Source: Psilocybe cubensis (taxonomy: Eukaryota). From it: a DNA stretch of 64,000 nt. A program made the position numbers and the translations under genes. Below, one piece after another: positions 50,094 to 63,352 of this stretch. Every line of letters starts with the position of its first letter. Positions within the stretch are counted from its first letter, which is position 1. The notes under the pieces are model-generated. The model saw only the letters and a program-made list of their open reading frames with translations. It was not told the DNA's origin and did no database searches. The stretch lies in contig CM038999.1 of assembly GCA_017499595.2 (NCBI GenBank), positions 2,728,001-2,792,000 on the forward strand, given 5' to 3'.

Positions 50094-51401
50094 TTAAGTG
50101 GGGTGGTACATGAGGCTCCTGTCAGGGAACCACAAAGAAGAGTCACTAGCGCAGAATTTTTTTCCAAGATAAGACCCATCGCGACAAATAATCCAATATA
50201 TGCTTTTAAGATCAAACCTATACGGTCCTCCAAATACGTCAAATAAGGAAAGATGCATCTGCCCTAGCAGGCTGTGTTGCGGGCTAATTAGATGCAGGAT
50301 GCAGAGGAGAGCACAGAGCGCCACCAGTAGAACAAGTTCCATTAAAGGTCGCGTAATAGGGGGCGCGTCATTGCAAACATTTTTGGTCTTTCTCGGAGAA
50401 TACCTGGAGACACAAGGAGGTACGGTGCGTCCAGTTGCACAAGCTTTTAGTCGTTGACGATTCAAGGCGCTCCAGTGCTTCAATGACACCATGGTGTTTC
50501 CATACGTAAGAACGGACACCTCTTCTTTACACATCTCTTGGTAACATTGATCGGTTGGCCAAGTTTCTTCAAATACTAGATGGCGACATTTATTGGAATC
50601 CTTCATCCTTCGAAGCCCCTGCAGTAACACCGGTTCTGTACTCGAGAAGGAGCCTTTTATGTGAACCCTGTCGGCAAAGAGAGCAAAGTTCCAGGTACCC
50701 AGGTGTTGTTGTTCAACCAGACATATCCCTTCCAGATAGACCGAGGAAAGCGTTTTCCAGGAGCGAAAAATGTAGCGCAGCTTGCGGTACATGCCAACCA
50801 AGTAGATGTCATGTTTCTCGGGCGAGATCCATTCGAATCTCTGGGGATGAAGCCTCGCCAAAAAACGATGCAAAGACGAATCAGAATTTACACCATAGGA
50901 CCGGAAGAGTGTGTCTTCCGTCAACAATGTTTGTAGAGAGTCGCCGGAGTATATCAGAACCCCAGTGGAAAATTTAAAACGCACAACTTTTAGATTGGGG
51001 AACGCCAATGCAATACGATCATTGATTTCCACGACTTCCGGAATCCGCGACATAAAACGTAACTCGAAGCAGTGTACGTGCTTGCCTAAGCTTTGGTTCA
51101 ATAGAGGACCATGACCAGAAGAGCATAGTTTCACAAATTGTGCGGGCGAGGATATTATTATGGTCCTCATAGTGTAGCAAAGAGAAAGTTCTGCCAGACG
51201 TTTGTTTACCAGCCTGAGCTGACCGACATTCTGCCTTGGCGTCTTCATATAAAAGTCCAAAATCCTATGGATGATTTGGTCGGGTACATCGTCGATTGCT
51301 ATAGTTGTTTGTTTGTTGATGCTCTTTCTTATAGGCGTTTCAAGACTGCACAGAGAGGAGGAGGTAGTGTTTTCCAGACGTTGTTCGATGGCAACTAACA
51401 T
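50094..51401 (-). CDS. F-box-like protein with a C-terminal hydrophobic segment
   Basis: Long ORF with IDDVPDQIIHRILDF...LRLVNKRLAELS F-box-like motif, FPNLKVVRF, and LMELVLLVALCALLCILHLI near the C-terminus. Confidence 0.7.
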   Translation of the reverse strand: MLVAIEQRLENTTSSSLCSLETPIRKSINKQTTIAIDDVPDQIIHRILDFYMKTPRQNVGQLRLVNKRLAELSLCYTMRTIIISSPAQFVKLCSSGHGPLLNQSLGKHVHCFELRFMSRIPEVVEINDRIALAFPNLKVVRFKFSTGVLIYSGDSLQTLLTEDTLFRSYGVNSDSSLHRFLARLHPQRFEWISPEKHDIYLVGMYRKLRYIFRSWKTLSSVYLEGICLVEQQHLGTWNFALFADRVHIKGSFSSTEPVLLQGLRRMKDSNKCRHLVFEETWPTDQCYQEMCKEEVSVLTYGNTMVSLKHWSALNRQRLKACATGRTVPPCVSRYSPRKTKNVCNDAPPITRPLMELVLLVALCALLCILHLISPQHSLLGQMHLSLFDVFGGPYRFDLKSIYWIICRDGSYLGKKFCASDSSLWFPDRSLMYHPT

Positions 51402-51631
51402 AGACAAGAATCGTGTATACAAAGAACAGGAAAGAAAGTCAAGAATGTGGGCGGCTGGCTCTATTGCGGCATTAAATAAGAAAGCCGGTCATGAGACTTC
51501 GGCTTGTCCGCACAAAATTTCGGCAACTCGAAGTAAAGCTCAAACGCGCCTGTCATTATTTGCTCCGTTCCCCAACGCTCGTTGGTTAGTCCACTGTCCG
51601 ACAACCTAGAGGGTGAGACAAAAATACGAGA

Positions 51632-52381
51632 ATGAACGTGAACCCGAGCACAAACCACCTTCCGGGTCGCGTACCCATATGGGCCCCTCACAAGGAACCT
51701 TTACCTCCTGGTTTTCAGGAGGAGGACAGACCGATATACGAGCAAAACAAACGCTGGGAAGGTTATATGACATCGGCCATGGAGTCATGTCCAGTGAAAA
51801 CTGTGTTGGCCGGAGGTGCAGGTGCGCGATTCACTAGTTGCTTTCGAATGAGTGATTTTCTGATATCAAATATTAGGGTTCGGTATTGGCGCGTTCTTCT
51901 CGCTCATGTCTGCGTCATTTGCATACGAGGACCCATATCTACGGTCGCAAACACAAGCACAGGCTACCCTAAATACCACACAAAAAGCCAGCGCCATCTT
52001 CAAAGAAATGGGCAAAGGCATGTGGACGAGTGGAAAATCCTTTGGAAAAATCGGTGCTCTCTTTGCTGGTATTGAATGTGTGATAGAATCGGCAAGTCTT
52101 GCTCCTTCCAAGTCCTATTTCAAAAAAATGTTAATATAATTTCAATCATTGTAGTACCGTGCCAAAAATGATATCTATAACTCGGTTTCAGCAGGATTTG
52201 TATCCGGAGGAATTCTTGCTCGTAATTCGGGGCCCAAAGCTGCTGTTGGCGGCGGACTGGCTTTCGCCGCTTTCTCAGCAGCTATCGATTTATTGTTCTT
52301 ACGAAGAGAGCCGGCTGAGTACGTCCAATTGCATTGTTTATTTGAATCCTTCTAATTATCCGCCTGTCTAGCGAGGACTAG
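51632..52381 (+). CDS. TIM22: Mitochondrial import inner membrane translocase Tim22
   Basis: [54 protein letters not shown]...[18 protein letters not shown]. One GC-AG intron (52092-52154). Confidence 0.95.
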
Positions 52382-52678
52382 CGACCTTCATTTACCCTTT
52401 AGATGTAACTTATATTTCCATTCTAACGCATTGTACCAGTATCAATACCTAATCGGAACCATTACTTACACCACTCTCCTGCTCGAACGGCAAAGGATGA
52501 TTTTGAACTATGTGTAGTGTAGGCTGCACCAAGTCAACGGAGCGGTAACTTCAAGGAATGACTTGTTGCCCCCGGTCTACAATCCAAGGGACTTTTAGCT
52601 GAACAAAGTGTTAAAAAAACAAAAGGTACAACAAGCGAACTACATAAGCAATACAAAAAAGTGTGATACAGAGGTAGA

Positions 52679-55600
52679 TCAAACGACAGCAACCTCATTC
52701 GCGGAACTCGTCCGTGCAGGAGCTGGTGAAATAGGGATCCCGTGAGGCGAAGTTGAGGACGCGTCATATGCAGGCGGTGCTTCTCCGCTCTCCGTTTCTT
52801 GCCCTGACATTAATCGTTCGTAGAGATCATTGGAGCGCAGCAAGGCGTCGTGTTGGTTCAGCCGCATCAAAGAAAACGTCGTAGAAGGAGAAACAACGGT
52901 TGTCTCCGCTGCTGACGCCCCAGACGAATCAGATGACTGTCTGGAGGTGACACGATCCAACACCGAAGACACATTGCTCATAGCACGCGAAGTAGCTTCT
53001 GCTTGCGCTTTCACGCGCGCGACTTGACAAGGGCAGTTCGGTGTTATTGTCTGAGAATCATCGAAGACAGCGTCGTATCGAGGCAGGGAAGTCCATTCAG
53101 GATTACACCGGCACTACAAATCCAGCGTCATTCTCAGCAAACAGAATGTCGTCGATCAATATTTAGTCACTTACCGAAAGTATCAGTACCGGCGTCTGGA
53201 CCACAATGTCAAATAGTTTCCGTTTACCCGTCCTTCCATCCACATGGACATCGTCTCCTCTTTCGACTCTGATGACAACTTTGAGCATATGCGACACAAC
53301 AATGTTGCTTCGACGATTTTTATTCGTAAAATGCATTGTGTTACAAGATTTGGGAAGTTGTAAATCCTGGTGGAAAGTCCAAGGCCCAGGTCCCATGAGG
53401 TTCGATGCTAATTCAGAAAGGTCTACTTCGGACGATGGGTGGCTGACTAGAGAATACAGAGGAGATTGGCGGAATGCATCTGGAGAATCGGAGTCGAGTG
53501 GTAGTATTGGATCCGCGCCTTTCCCTTCCCCTTTGATAGATAAAAGTGTGAAACGAGTGAGTGGATCAGTACGAGCAATACGACGCATATTGGTATAATA
53601 GTCCACCCGTTCTGTGATATAAAGTGAGGTTTCCTGTGTAATCAACGTGACGAGTGTAATCACCTTCAATGTAAACCGACAACCGATGTATCCGCATCTT
53701 TGTAAGAGGCATGAATGTGAATGTAACCGGAACCGTTCCACCGATATAGAAACTTCTTCCAGAGATTGAGATCAAGTATTGTAATTGTTGCTCCCACTGT
53801 CTCTCGACAATGATATTCTCAGTATCTTCGGTGTCCTCTTCCGTAGGGCAAGCAACAGTGATGACCTCGCGAACGGCAGTCATCTTGGACTTGAATGCTC
53901 CAGGCCGATGAACACTGGCTTTGAGTTTCCACCCTACAGACCCATAGTCACATTGCATTGTTGGAGGCGCATTAGCAGGTATAGTGAAAGATATTGGATA
54001 TGTATATGTTCCTAAATAAAAGTGTTGAGCTTATATTGATTTGAATGAAAATGATTGCGTACCTTTTTTGAACTCTTTCCAACCGTCTGACCTTGGTTTG
54101 TGCTCCATGTCCTTCAAAATTCTACCCAAAACATGGCGTCCACGTTCTGTAGAACCTCTTCCTCTTGATCCCTCGTTTTCTTCTGTCAGATCTTCATGCA
54201 GGTCTGTTGCACATTCTCTCTCCATAGTCCTTCCTCGTCGATGATGATGGAGACTGTTGCCGTCCACAGAGGACTCCCTCGGTCCGGCTAAACCTCTCTC
54301 CTTCGATGTTGACAGCTTCGGTCGTACAGCATCCATGAATATGTTAGAAACCGCCGCGAAACTGAATCGAGAACCCTTTCTTCCCCTTTCATGATTCGAC
54401 CCAATCGTCGGCGAATCTTGTGCGGTGAGAGGTGTGTGAGGAGGATGCGAAGACGATGAAGAGGAAGACATTGACGAAGATGCTGATAGACGGGTATCTA
54501 ACATCGGAGATGTATATGGCAGAGCTCTCGGTGAATGTGGAAGGCGCGATATGCGCATGCTCGACGCAGTGAGAATATCCCGAGGAGCTTGGTCGTGGTT
54601 CTCATTATCGGATGGATGTTGTTGGCCCAGCGTCGATGCTTCTAATTCCCCATGCTCCATAATTGGGTTGGGTAAGCCTGTGTGACGTGAGAGAGACGGT
54701 TCAAGGTGGTTTGGCTGTATGGACGGCGACAAGTTTGTTTGACCTAGCATATCGGAAATTTTTTATAATATAACTTTGTAAATCAAAGTAACAACTCACT
54801 GCCATGATTTTGAGAATAGCGCAGACCGGAAAACATCGGTGAGTCCGCCTGGCCACTGTTTTGTCTATCCATCAAAAAAACGTTATGCTCCATAGGCGAT
54901 GGAGGAAATGGTGAATATGGTGGAATTGGGGCCAATCTCTGTAAGTCTTCATCTTCCTGGTGGTACGCCTCGTAAAGCGGCATCCGCTGAAATTGGCCGT
55001 TGTCGATGCTCATCCGTCGATTGGGACGAGTTCGTGAGTCCATAAATGAAGCGCGGAAGGAGGAAGTAGCAACAGGTGCTGCGACCGGGGGAACAGGGGA
55101 AGGCTCATCAACCTGGGTCGTCTGTGATGTATGGGGGCTTGCCTGTGAGGGTTGGAGACCGATAGAGCTCGACCTCCCATTCCTATGATTGAATTCTGAA
55201 GTGCTTGTCCTACGAGCGTCTCTCGACCTCGAGCGAGCAAATCGTGTGACCGACGTATCCGCACGAGATGCTTGGTCCCTCAAGTAGTCCCAATCGTCTT
55301 CAAAATCATCTTCCAAATCCCCACTACTATTATCAAAATCTAGGTTTTGGTTGTACTGTTGAGAATAGAGAATTCCAGGTCCAATGGAGGCAGTCCGTCG
55401 GGTAGGATGCTGAGATTTTCCGGCATTAAAATAGGTTGTTGTAGCACGAAATACTCTGTGCTCTTCGGTCACATCTATGCGACGGGCACCAATGCCTAGG
55501 GTTAGAAATATTAGCGGTACCGATAAAGTTAACCGATGCACGAACCTTCGGGCCATGCATTTGCAGTTGTAGCAGAGAGTTCAACCTCGATACTTGTTAA

Positions 55601-55786
55601 CTTTGTGGGTTTCACTAGGTCAAGGATTAACAAGCCGCGGACCAAAGAAGTACGAGGATCTGGTATTGCTCCTCGCCTAACTGGCGCGCCGTCGGTACGC
55701 AAAAAGACAGCCGACTCGGTTAGGCGTATTGAGACAGAATTGCTCCGTTTCGTCTTGTCATTATGGGAATGAGTTTGTGAATGCAT
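52679..55786 (-). CDS. Alpha-arrestin (Aly1/Aly2-like, ART family)
   Basis: IRLTESAVFL, RGLLILDL, WPEG, WKEFKKG|TYTYPISF, YGSVGWKLKA.VHRPG, IIVERQWE, SHMLKVVIRVER, FDIVVQTP, and PY-type motifs IPPY, LPRY and PPAY. Confidence 0.9.
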
Positions 55787-56739
55787 AGTTAATAGTTATA
55801 CAAATGGCGTGAAATTGCGAGTCGAGGAGATAATCTTGCTGATAAGAATTTTTCAAGACTGAGCGGAGAGCATTGAGGAAGGGATCTTGGCGAAAAGGTC
55901 TCGGTCGGGCAGGGTTCCTCGAGTATAAATGGGCGTGAGCAGCATTCACCCTTTTCAGCACCTGGAACACCTGTTTTTCTCATTTTTCCCGCACTGCGAT
56001 CTTTATACAAAAGTTTACTGCAATTTGGAATGCAAGTCACTGGGGAGACGTTGCTCCCCTGACATGCCAATCAATTCTGATCAACGACTTCCCTAACGGC
56101 AAACTTCCCGGAATATTCCAATTTGATCAAAGCACACACGTCGCCAACTGCAACGAGCTGCAACGTCGCTACAAACTTACCCACCATACCCACCAGGTCC
56201 AACGATTCCACCGCTTACTGGGAAAATGGTACATTCCAATATGCCTTCCCTTTATTATTTCGTAAACATTGTCATAGATGCGCTACAAATCTTTTCCAGG
56301 ATGCACAGGATTCAACTAGGACTCTTTGCCAAGGCCTCGAACGGAGGGTTCCAGACAAGAGCTCTCCCAAGTTAGAACATGGCGGAACATGTTATAGGTC
56401 CAACTTCAACAGTCTCGGCCTCCTCTATGACCGATTGGATGTATACTAAAATACTTACCACGAAGGCAAGCCGGCTGATACCAACCGGTCAAAAAGTCCT
56501 AAATGTTGCTCGAATGACTTCGATTGACCAATCAGAACATGATGTTTTGAATCACGCATGCCGATTTTTCCCCATGGAATGTAGAGGCCAGAAAAAGGGA
56601 GTTAGATAGAATTAAATAGAATACTGGTATATCTTCAGGCCTACATCTGTGGTCGAATGTCATGATGACGGGATCTTCAACCAGGTGAAAAAAGTATTAC
56701 TTACACAAAAAAAAAGCTAGATTGCCCTGGTTTACACCT

Positions 56740-58340
56740 TCAAACGATTGGTTTCGCTGTATCCAATGGAGCCTGGCTGAGTTGCCGTAGGTGCATAACA
56801 TATCCACTGGGATCCTCCGGCACTTTGTGGTTTATCGTAACAGTCAAATCTTTCGACTGGACGCCTACCGCACTGGGGTACGTCTGTTGCCTTGTGGTAT
56901 TTCGACCCGTGGTTGTCCATCTCATTAGGTCGGTTTTCTTAGCCTGCGCGCGCATATGGAGTATAACCCGACTAGCAATCATAGAATGCAAACAACGTTC
57001 AAGGCTGTAGAGAATGACGGTCCGTAAGCGCCACCTGATGCTACAGAAAATCGCCACTTACGACAGAACTATGACTCTTTTCGCCGGCTATAATAAATGA
57101 TACCACCAATCAGTGAATATGAAATGCCTAGTGGTGGTGCTAAATTCTTGCCTGAAGTGTGGTCGTAAAAACAATATTTAAAGCCGAGAAAACTGAGTTG
57201 AAGAGATGATCAGCTATGTTTACTAAATCCTAATTAACAACTTACTGAAAAGATACACATAAAAGTAGGCACCTTGAGAAGAACAAGTGAGAAGAATTCA
57301 AAATACATATTTTAAGTAGGCCTACCATCGCGGTAAATGACGGCAGCTAGTCCTGAAACTAGCCCAGCTCGATCTGGAAGACGGAAACATTAGCTATGCC
57401 AAATTTTATGGACACCAGATATACGGACAAGAGCGGAAACTGTGTATCAAGGTGAAAGTTAGGGTTACTGAGGAGGAAAACAACTTTTAGAATCATTATT
57501 TTTTCAATGAGTTAACTTTTGCACCTGTATTCCACAGCAAAACTCCGACCCACGACCAGAGAACATATTCTTTGGCGTCCACGATGAAACACCCTCTATA
57601 ATCAAGCAAGTTTGCAGGAGGGTTGGCGTCTAAAGATGAACGCATGTCAATAGGAAGTTGTACTAATGCGAGGAGGACGTTGCGTACATCGCAAAGACGA
57701 GACATATGCGTACATCGCATAAAAGGCCGGAGACCATATAATTACAAACAAAACGGCTTGAAAGTAGGCCAGCTTCATGTTCCGATCCCAAATTGCCCAC
57801 ACACGGATGCTGAGGAGAACTGTTGCAAACATAACGGTTAAGCATGTTCGTGTCAAACAAAAATCGTACGAACTTTCAGAAAGGGCTAGTCCAAACATAT
57901 ACATGACTATAAACCGTGTTGTGAGCCCAACTGCATTCACCCGATCCTTCGAGGAGTACTTACAGCCGTTAAAGTATGGCAGAATTTCGCACTGAGCTAT
58001 TGTAAGTTTACCAAGTTGTCCTGTCACCGCGATGTTAGAATCATGATGGCGCTTAATTGGTGCAAAACTCACGATAGATTGTCAAAAAGCAAGTGTCAAT
58101 GAATGGCAAGTATCTTTGAATAATAAATATAATTTTAATGACATTCCAAGGTGAGCGCCATATCAGGTCGATTTCCATAGAGAGTGTGAGGAGGTAATCG
58201 TAGAGGAATACCGTGCTTGCCGAAACTTATGAACTGTGTAAGATGGATTTGTGTGGTTCATTGAAACGAATGAAAACGCACCATCTGAATACTGTACATC
58301 GTTAACATCATTGTGCTTGTAGGAAGGACAGTACAAAGTG
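56740..58340 (-). CDS. DUF6533-type seven-transmembrane protein (5' end uncertain)
   Basis: ASTVFLYDYLLTLSMEIDLIWRSPWNVIKIIFIIQRYLPFID signature, LLSIRVWAIW, GCFI, IYRDG..YV, and SMIASRVILHMR. Confidence 0.8.
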
Positions 58341-59319
58341 TACGCACTGTCACGAATGGACCAATAAGCCCAGCTGCTAACAATGCATCTATCAAGGGGT
58401 CCCCAGTAGAAACAAATCCTGACATTTTCGAACTTGAGTTTGTTGGACCCTAGACAGCTAGGCCAGAAAAAATGGCGGAAATGAAGATGCAGAAATATAT
58501 CATAATGCGAAGGGAAGGCGTTTATCTGTCTTTGTATCATTGCAACACCAGCCAAGCGTGAGCTAAAAGGGCCAAAATACCGGTATATGTTCCTGCATGG
58601 TCGGGTAACGGTCGGATACTACCATGTTGGAGATTGCAGGCCATTGCGATAGTCGATTGCTCCAGATTGCTCCCAGAGACAAATGCAATTAAATACTTCA
58701 AGAGATGCTGCATCGTGGATCAATAGTATTTTGAATGAACCTGAATGATGCCAGATCATAGTGGCTCGGACCAAGTCAGCAACGTCCAGTAACAGTTAAC
58801 ACGAGGATCGCTGTCGTCTGCTGTCGTCCACGTCGTGGTCAAGACACCCACATGTCGCGATCGCCAGAATTTCAAATGCTATAGATATGTTCGCGTTTAT
58901 TGCTACCGCTCTTTTTAAGCTGGACCCTGCTGGACCAGATACTAATAAAAACCAGATAAATTTCAAGTTCTCCAGTGTCTCCACTTTGAGGTGCACTCCG
59001 CTTGCATCGAAATTAGGCTTCCCGTCTCGATCCATTCACGCGGGGAATTTTACTGAGTCCGGGAGGAATTAAACGCAGAGCATGGCGTGTTAAAAAGTCA
59101 AAAAAAAAGAAAAAGACAATTTCCGAGGTTCGCATAGATTCTACAATGTGAAAAGTTAAAAGAGTAAACAGGCGTCGAGGTTGTGCGTGATACGCGCCGA
59201 TTAGTCTCGGTAAGCCATATTAGGTAATTGATCCGAAAGAGGATGACCGAGATTGATGCGAAAATGCCGAGTCGTCAATCAATTACCCAATTTAGCTGGC
59301 CGCAGCCTAAGGGTTTGTT

Positions 59320-59363
59320 TGTATGCTATTTATTATCGTGCTGTATTCTATTTATTATCGTGC
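59320..59363. repeat. 22-bp tandem duplication
   Basis: tgtatgctatttattatcgtgc followed by tgtattctatttattatcgtgc. Confidence 0.85.
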
Positions 59364-59870
59364 AACAAGCAATCGATGTGCTAAGACGCACGGGTGAGGC
59401 AGCCTAAGGTTAGCGGGTTTACCTGAGCGGTGAACCGGTGAAGTCCAAGTCTCAAAGTGAAGATGGACGAAAATCGAATTTAACGACATATATCATAGCC
59501 ATTAGCGTGAGGGTTACCGTGCAACAGCTTGAGAGTGGTTCTTGTTCTCCCCCAAGCCTACCAAATCTTTTACAAGGTTAAAAGAGAAGTGCTAAGCCAT
59601 GTTCATCGAACAAAGCTGAGAATTTGAAGTCCATCTATTCAAGATATTCACAAACAATAACTAATAGTCCATATCTTTCCCAATAACAGAGCAATGTATA
59701 GTCCAGAAGTACGTGTTCGCAAAGTAATGGGCAAAGAATTAAAACCCTCAAAAATGATAAAGACGGGAGGAATATGACAACGCGCTGTCAAAAGAAAGTC
59801 TACAGATCCACATAATTCAGCAAGAAAGAATGAAGGTGCCACAATTCCGATCCAAAAAAACTGAGGTTCG

Positions 59871-60671
59871 TTACAAAGAAAGAGCGAGCAACATGGCCAA
59901 CGCAGGCAAGACGCCGGAGAGCCCAAGAACTACAGCACGATCAGCAGAGGAAGAGTTGTCAACATTGTTGGCCGAAGACGTTGGTGAGGTTGCAGATTGA
60001 GTAGAACTACCAGTGTGAGAGGCACTGCTTGAGGAACTAGAAGACCCCGTTCCATTCAACCGGATGGCGTTACGCTAAGTATAATATAAAAATAACTTGA
60101 GATTAATAACGCGTTTCTTGTCAAGGTCAACGCGTGAAAACTTACAGTGATGCCTTCCAATGTTTCAAGGCTCGAGTCATTGAGGTTGATTCCTCCGACA
60201 CCACCTTCTGGGCACGTGTTCCAGTCGAAAAACCAGATGGTGGTGGTATTGTCAGTTATCGGGAGGGTGAATTGAGTGATGGCTGTTCCATTGTGTGTGT
60301 CACGGAAAGAAGTGTCGAAGCCATTGATACTAGAGTTTGTGAAGTGGACGGCCGTACAAGGGGACGCGAAAGTAGACTGCGTTGCGGTATGGTTGCCCTG
60401 GGTGACTAGAAAAAAATGGTTCAGACGTATAAAAGGAGGCTTCAGCGAGGAGAATCTTACAATTGAACATGACAACATCGCCTGCAGAGGCGACCACAGT
60501 TTGAGGATTGAAGACTGCACCAGGGTCACTGGTAGTGTTACCTCCAACGGTGATCACGATTGTCTTTGCGCATGCAGAGACGACAAAAGCGGCAACCTAT
60601 AAAAAATGGAATATAATGAGCCTAGCATCAGCACTGACATATTGGGAGCATACAAGGAGGGCGAATCGCAT
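59871..60671 (-). CDS. Secreted GPI-anchored cupredoxin-like, Ser/Thr-rich protein
   Basis: Signal MRFALL|VAAFVVSACA, then ITVGG..FNPQTVVASAGDVVMF, NHTATQSTFASPC, GFDT, IWFF; S/T-rich stalk and hydrophobic C-terminus LPALAMLLALSL*. Confidence 0.85.
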
Positions 60672-62539
60672 GTTGGTCCAAAGTAAAAGGAAAGAGTCGG
60701 AGGTGGGAGGTGAAAGGGAAGTAAGATGCCAGCTGGATACAGCTGCATTTTTTACGCTGCCTTCTACCAGGAAGAATCAACAAAAAAGACGTAAGGAACG
60801 CAAGCTGAGATTAACTTTGATTGGTCGGCGTGTGAGTGGTGATGCCAAAATGACATCACAAACACAAGTTTTTCAAGCAAAGAGCACACCCAGCTCCACC
60901 CCGTCCTGAGAGAAAGATGTTTATTCAAAGGAGAAATACAAGGAAACACACACATTCAGTCTCAGTTTGGTGTACATGGGTAACCCAAGCTTTCATACAA
61001 AATCCCAGAAGGGCATGAGGATCTGATTCATTTCATGTGCCGAATTTGCGAAGCGATAACTATACTTAGTTGAAATGAAATGAAAGGAACGATGAGGCCC
61101 TGATTGTGCGGATGATACACAACGAGACAAGTATGCAGATAGCATACACCCGCTTGCTGTGAACTTTGAAGAGTGTCAGAATGAACGACAGAAAAAAAGA
61201 GCCAGAGTTGCGTGGGAATAATCGCTTACATAGCAATCCTGACTACCCCACCTTGACCCCACTGCTTCTCGTTAATGAGTTGACTTATTATCAAAGTTAA
61301 ACCGTTCCAAATAGAAGATACATCAGATCCTATATATGTGCTACGCGGTACACCTGTTTTTTGTTTGTCAGATCCCCGTCAATGAGGATTATATACCGAA
61401 TCAAACCCTTGCCAGTCTTTTTGCAACTTCAAGGCGACAGCGACTTGAACTTTTCAATGATGATGCAGATGCCATTAAGAGAATTTTCGGCCGGGTTCGC
61501 GGCCTTGTTAGCGATTTAATCATTTTAGGCGTCTTTCCTTCACAGTCGTTGTCCTATGGTGTCTTGCAGGTTGACCACCCCCTCGTGAGCAGCAGGTAAC
61601 AAGTCCCATGGTCACGAAGGACTCGGTAACCCAGCGATCGACACGTCCTTGACAACGCTCTCTTTCTATTCATCTACGAGGACATGCAGTTCAAAAGAGT
61701 TGGGATACAATGATATATTTTGTCGACTACAAAGGTTTAGATAGGTTTATTTCTGGTGTATAAACTATGGTTTTCATACGCTCTGCTTAACTCCGAGCGC
61801 CTATTTTGTACGCGCATGTCGCTTGTTTATATGAAATTATCGAGATTTTTGGATCTATTCACATGACCACGAGATGCCAAGAGCTAACTGAGCCACACAT
61901 GCACAGTTTACCTTGTAAAACTAAACACATATCGAACGGAGACTGCATTTTAGAGGGCAATGGTGCATGTCAAGCCACATGTCAAATCCCCTGTAAAGCC
62001 AGGTTCTTCGATAAAAACCTTTAGAAAAAGCTTGTGAGTAGTACAAGCCTGTACAAGCAAAAGAATGACCTTGCCATCGTGATTGACATTACCAATTTCA
62101 TTGTTTGTTTGCGCTTGCAACTCTTCCCATTTCGGTCACCAAAGCATCATGCATCATGCCCTGACAATACTGCTGCCTGGTTATCTTGCCCTTGTAAGCT
62201 TTGTTCAAACCAGGATCTGCTAGCAGCCAGGAGCCATGGTATCATCATGGCCCAAGAGTCAATAATCACATACCGACTCCTTTTGACAAATTCTGCCAGA
62301 TGATGTTGCGATGATGACCTAGATGGTGACCTTTGGTCCTCTTCAAGACTGCCAATCCGCTTATACCGGCCAGCAGAGTTACTCACATTATTGTTCTTGG
62401 CAACACGACACACACTGATCTGGATTACATCTCGATAACGGCATATTCGAATGAGTCGTCTACAAAAGTCAGATCGATCGTCCGGAGAGAACTTCAGCGT
62501 TACCAACGCCAGCCACCACATGATATTCTGTACCCACCT

Positions 62540-62860
62540 GCCACTAGTCAACCCCAGCCACCACAGGAAGCTTACGAGCTTGCTACATGACAGCATTCTC
62601 TATAGATGTTACAGGGTGTTGCTCCAGGACATCGTATTTCTGCAAGTCAATACCAATCATTATTATGGAACGACTCATTCCGACACTATTTGTATTTGCC
62701 TGGACGGCTATTAGTCTACTGAATGCTCAAATCCAGTCAAATCCTCGTCGTGATCGCTCACATGCATGCGGATCTCCATCTGTCTCCATCTCAGGTCTCC
62801 ATGTGTATCGGCAAACTGGAGCGGCTTCGACTTAGGGGCTATTTAACTTGCAGAACGTTT
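62540..62860 (+). pseudogene. Possible decayed F-box-type gene fragment
   Basis: Fragments in different frames (PPQEAYELA; RCYRVLLQDIVFL; MLKSSQIL..IAHMHADLHL; LERLRLRG) loosely resemble agaric F-box N-termini and are broken by stops and frameshifts. Confidence 0.25.
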
Positions 62861-63352
62861 ACAACTCAATCAGAATAGCCGCATTGAAACTAGTAAGACT
62901 GAGGCCATTGGTAACCCCTAGTACACAATCTTTGACTCAAGAGACGTTCTGTGATTCTATCTGGATCGCATGCATAAAGAACATCGAAGGGTCAATCGCT
63001 AGGCAAAACAGTCCTGGGCCCACCGGGTGCATAGACTCGATCAATAAAGGCCTCCAGGGGTTGTGATAGGTTGTGATGCACAGTTTCAGCAAATATCAAT
63101 TTGAATACACTCTTTGCTATCGATGCTTCATATGTATATCTATAGCCTCTGTGACAACTGGTCAATGAGGGCATTTGCGGCCGGTGCATTTCTTCCTTGA
63201 CTGTGACTGTCATCCCCACAACCACAGTCCCTCTTCCCCTGGGCTAATGTTTGTGTAGCCGGTCGAGGTACCCTGATTCCGATCTCTTCGTTGCACTCTA
63301 ACTATTCCACGAACTTGTACTCTTGCGCTCTTTTAACAAAACCAACACCACG

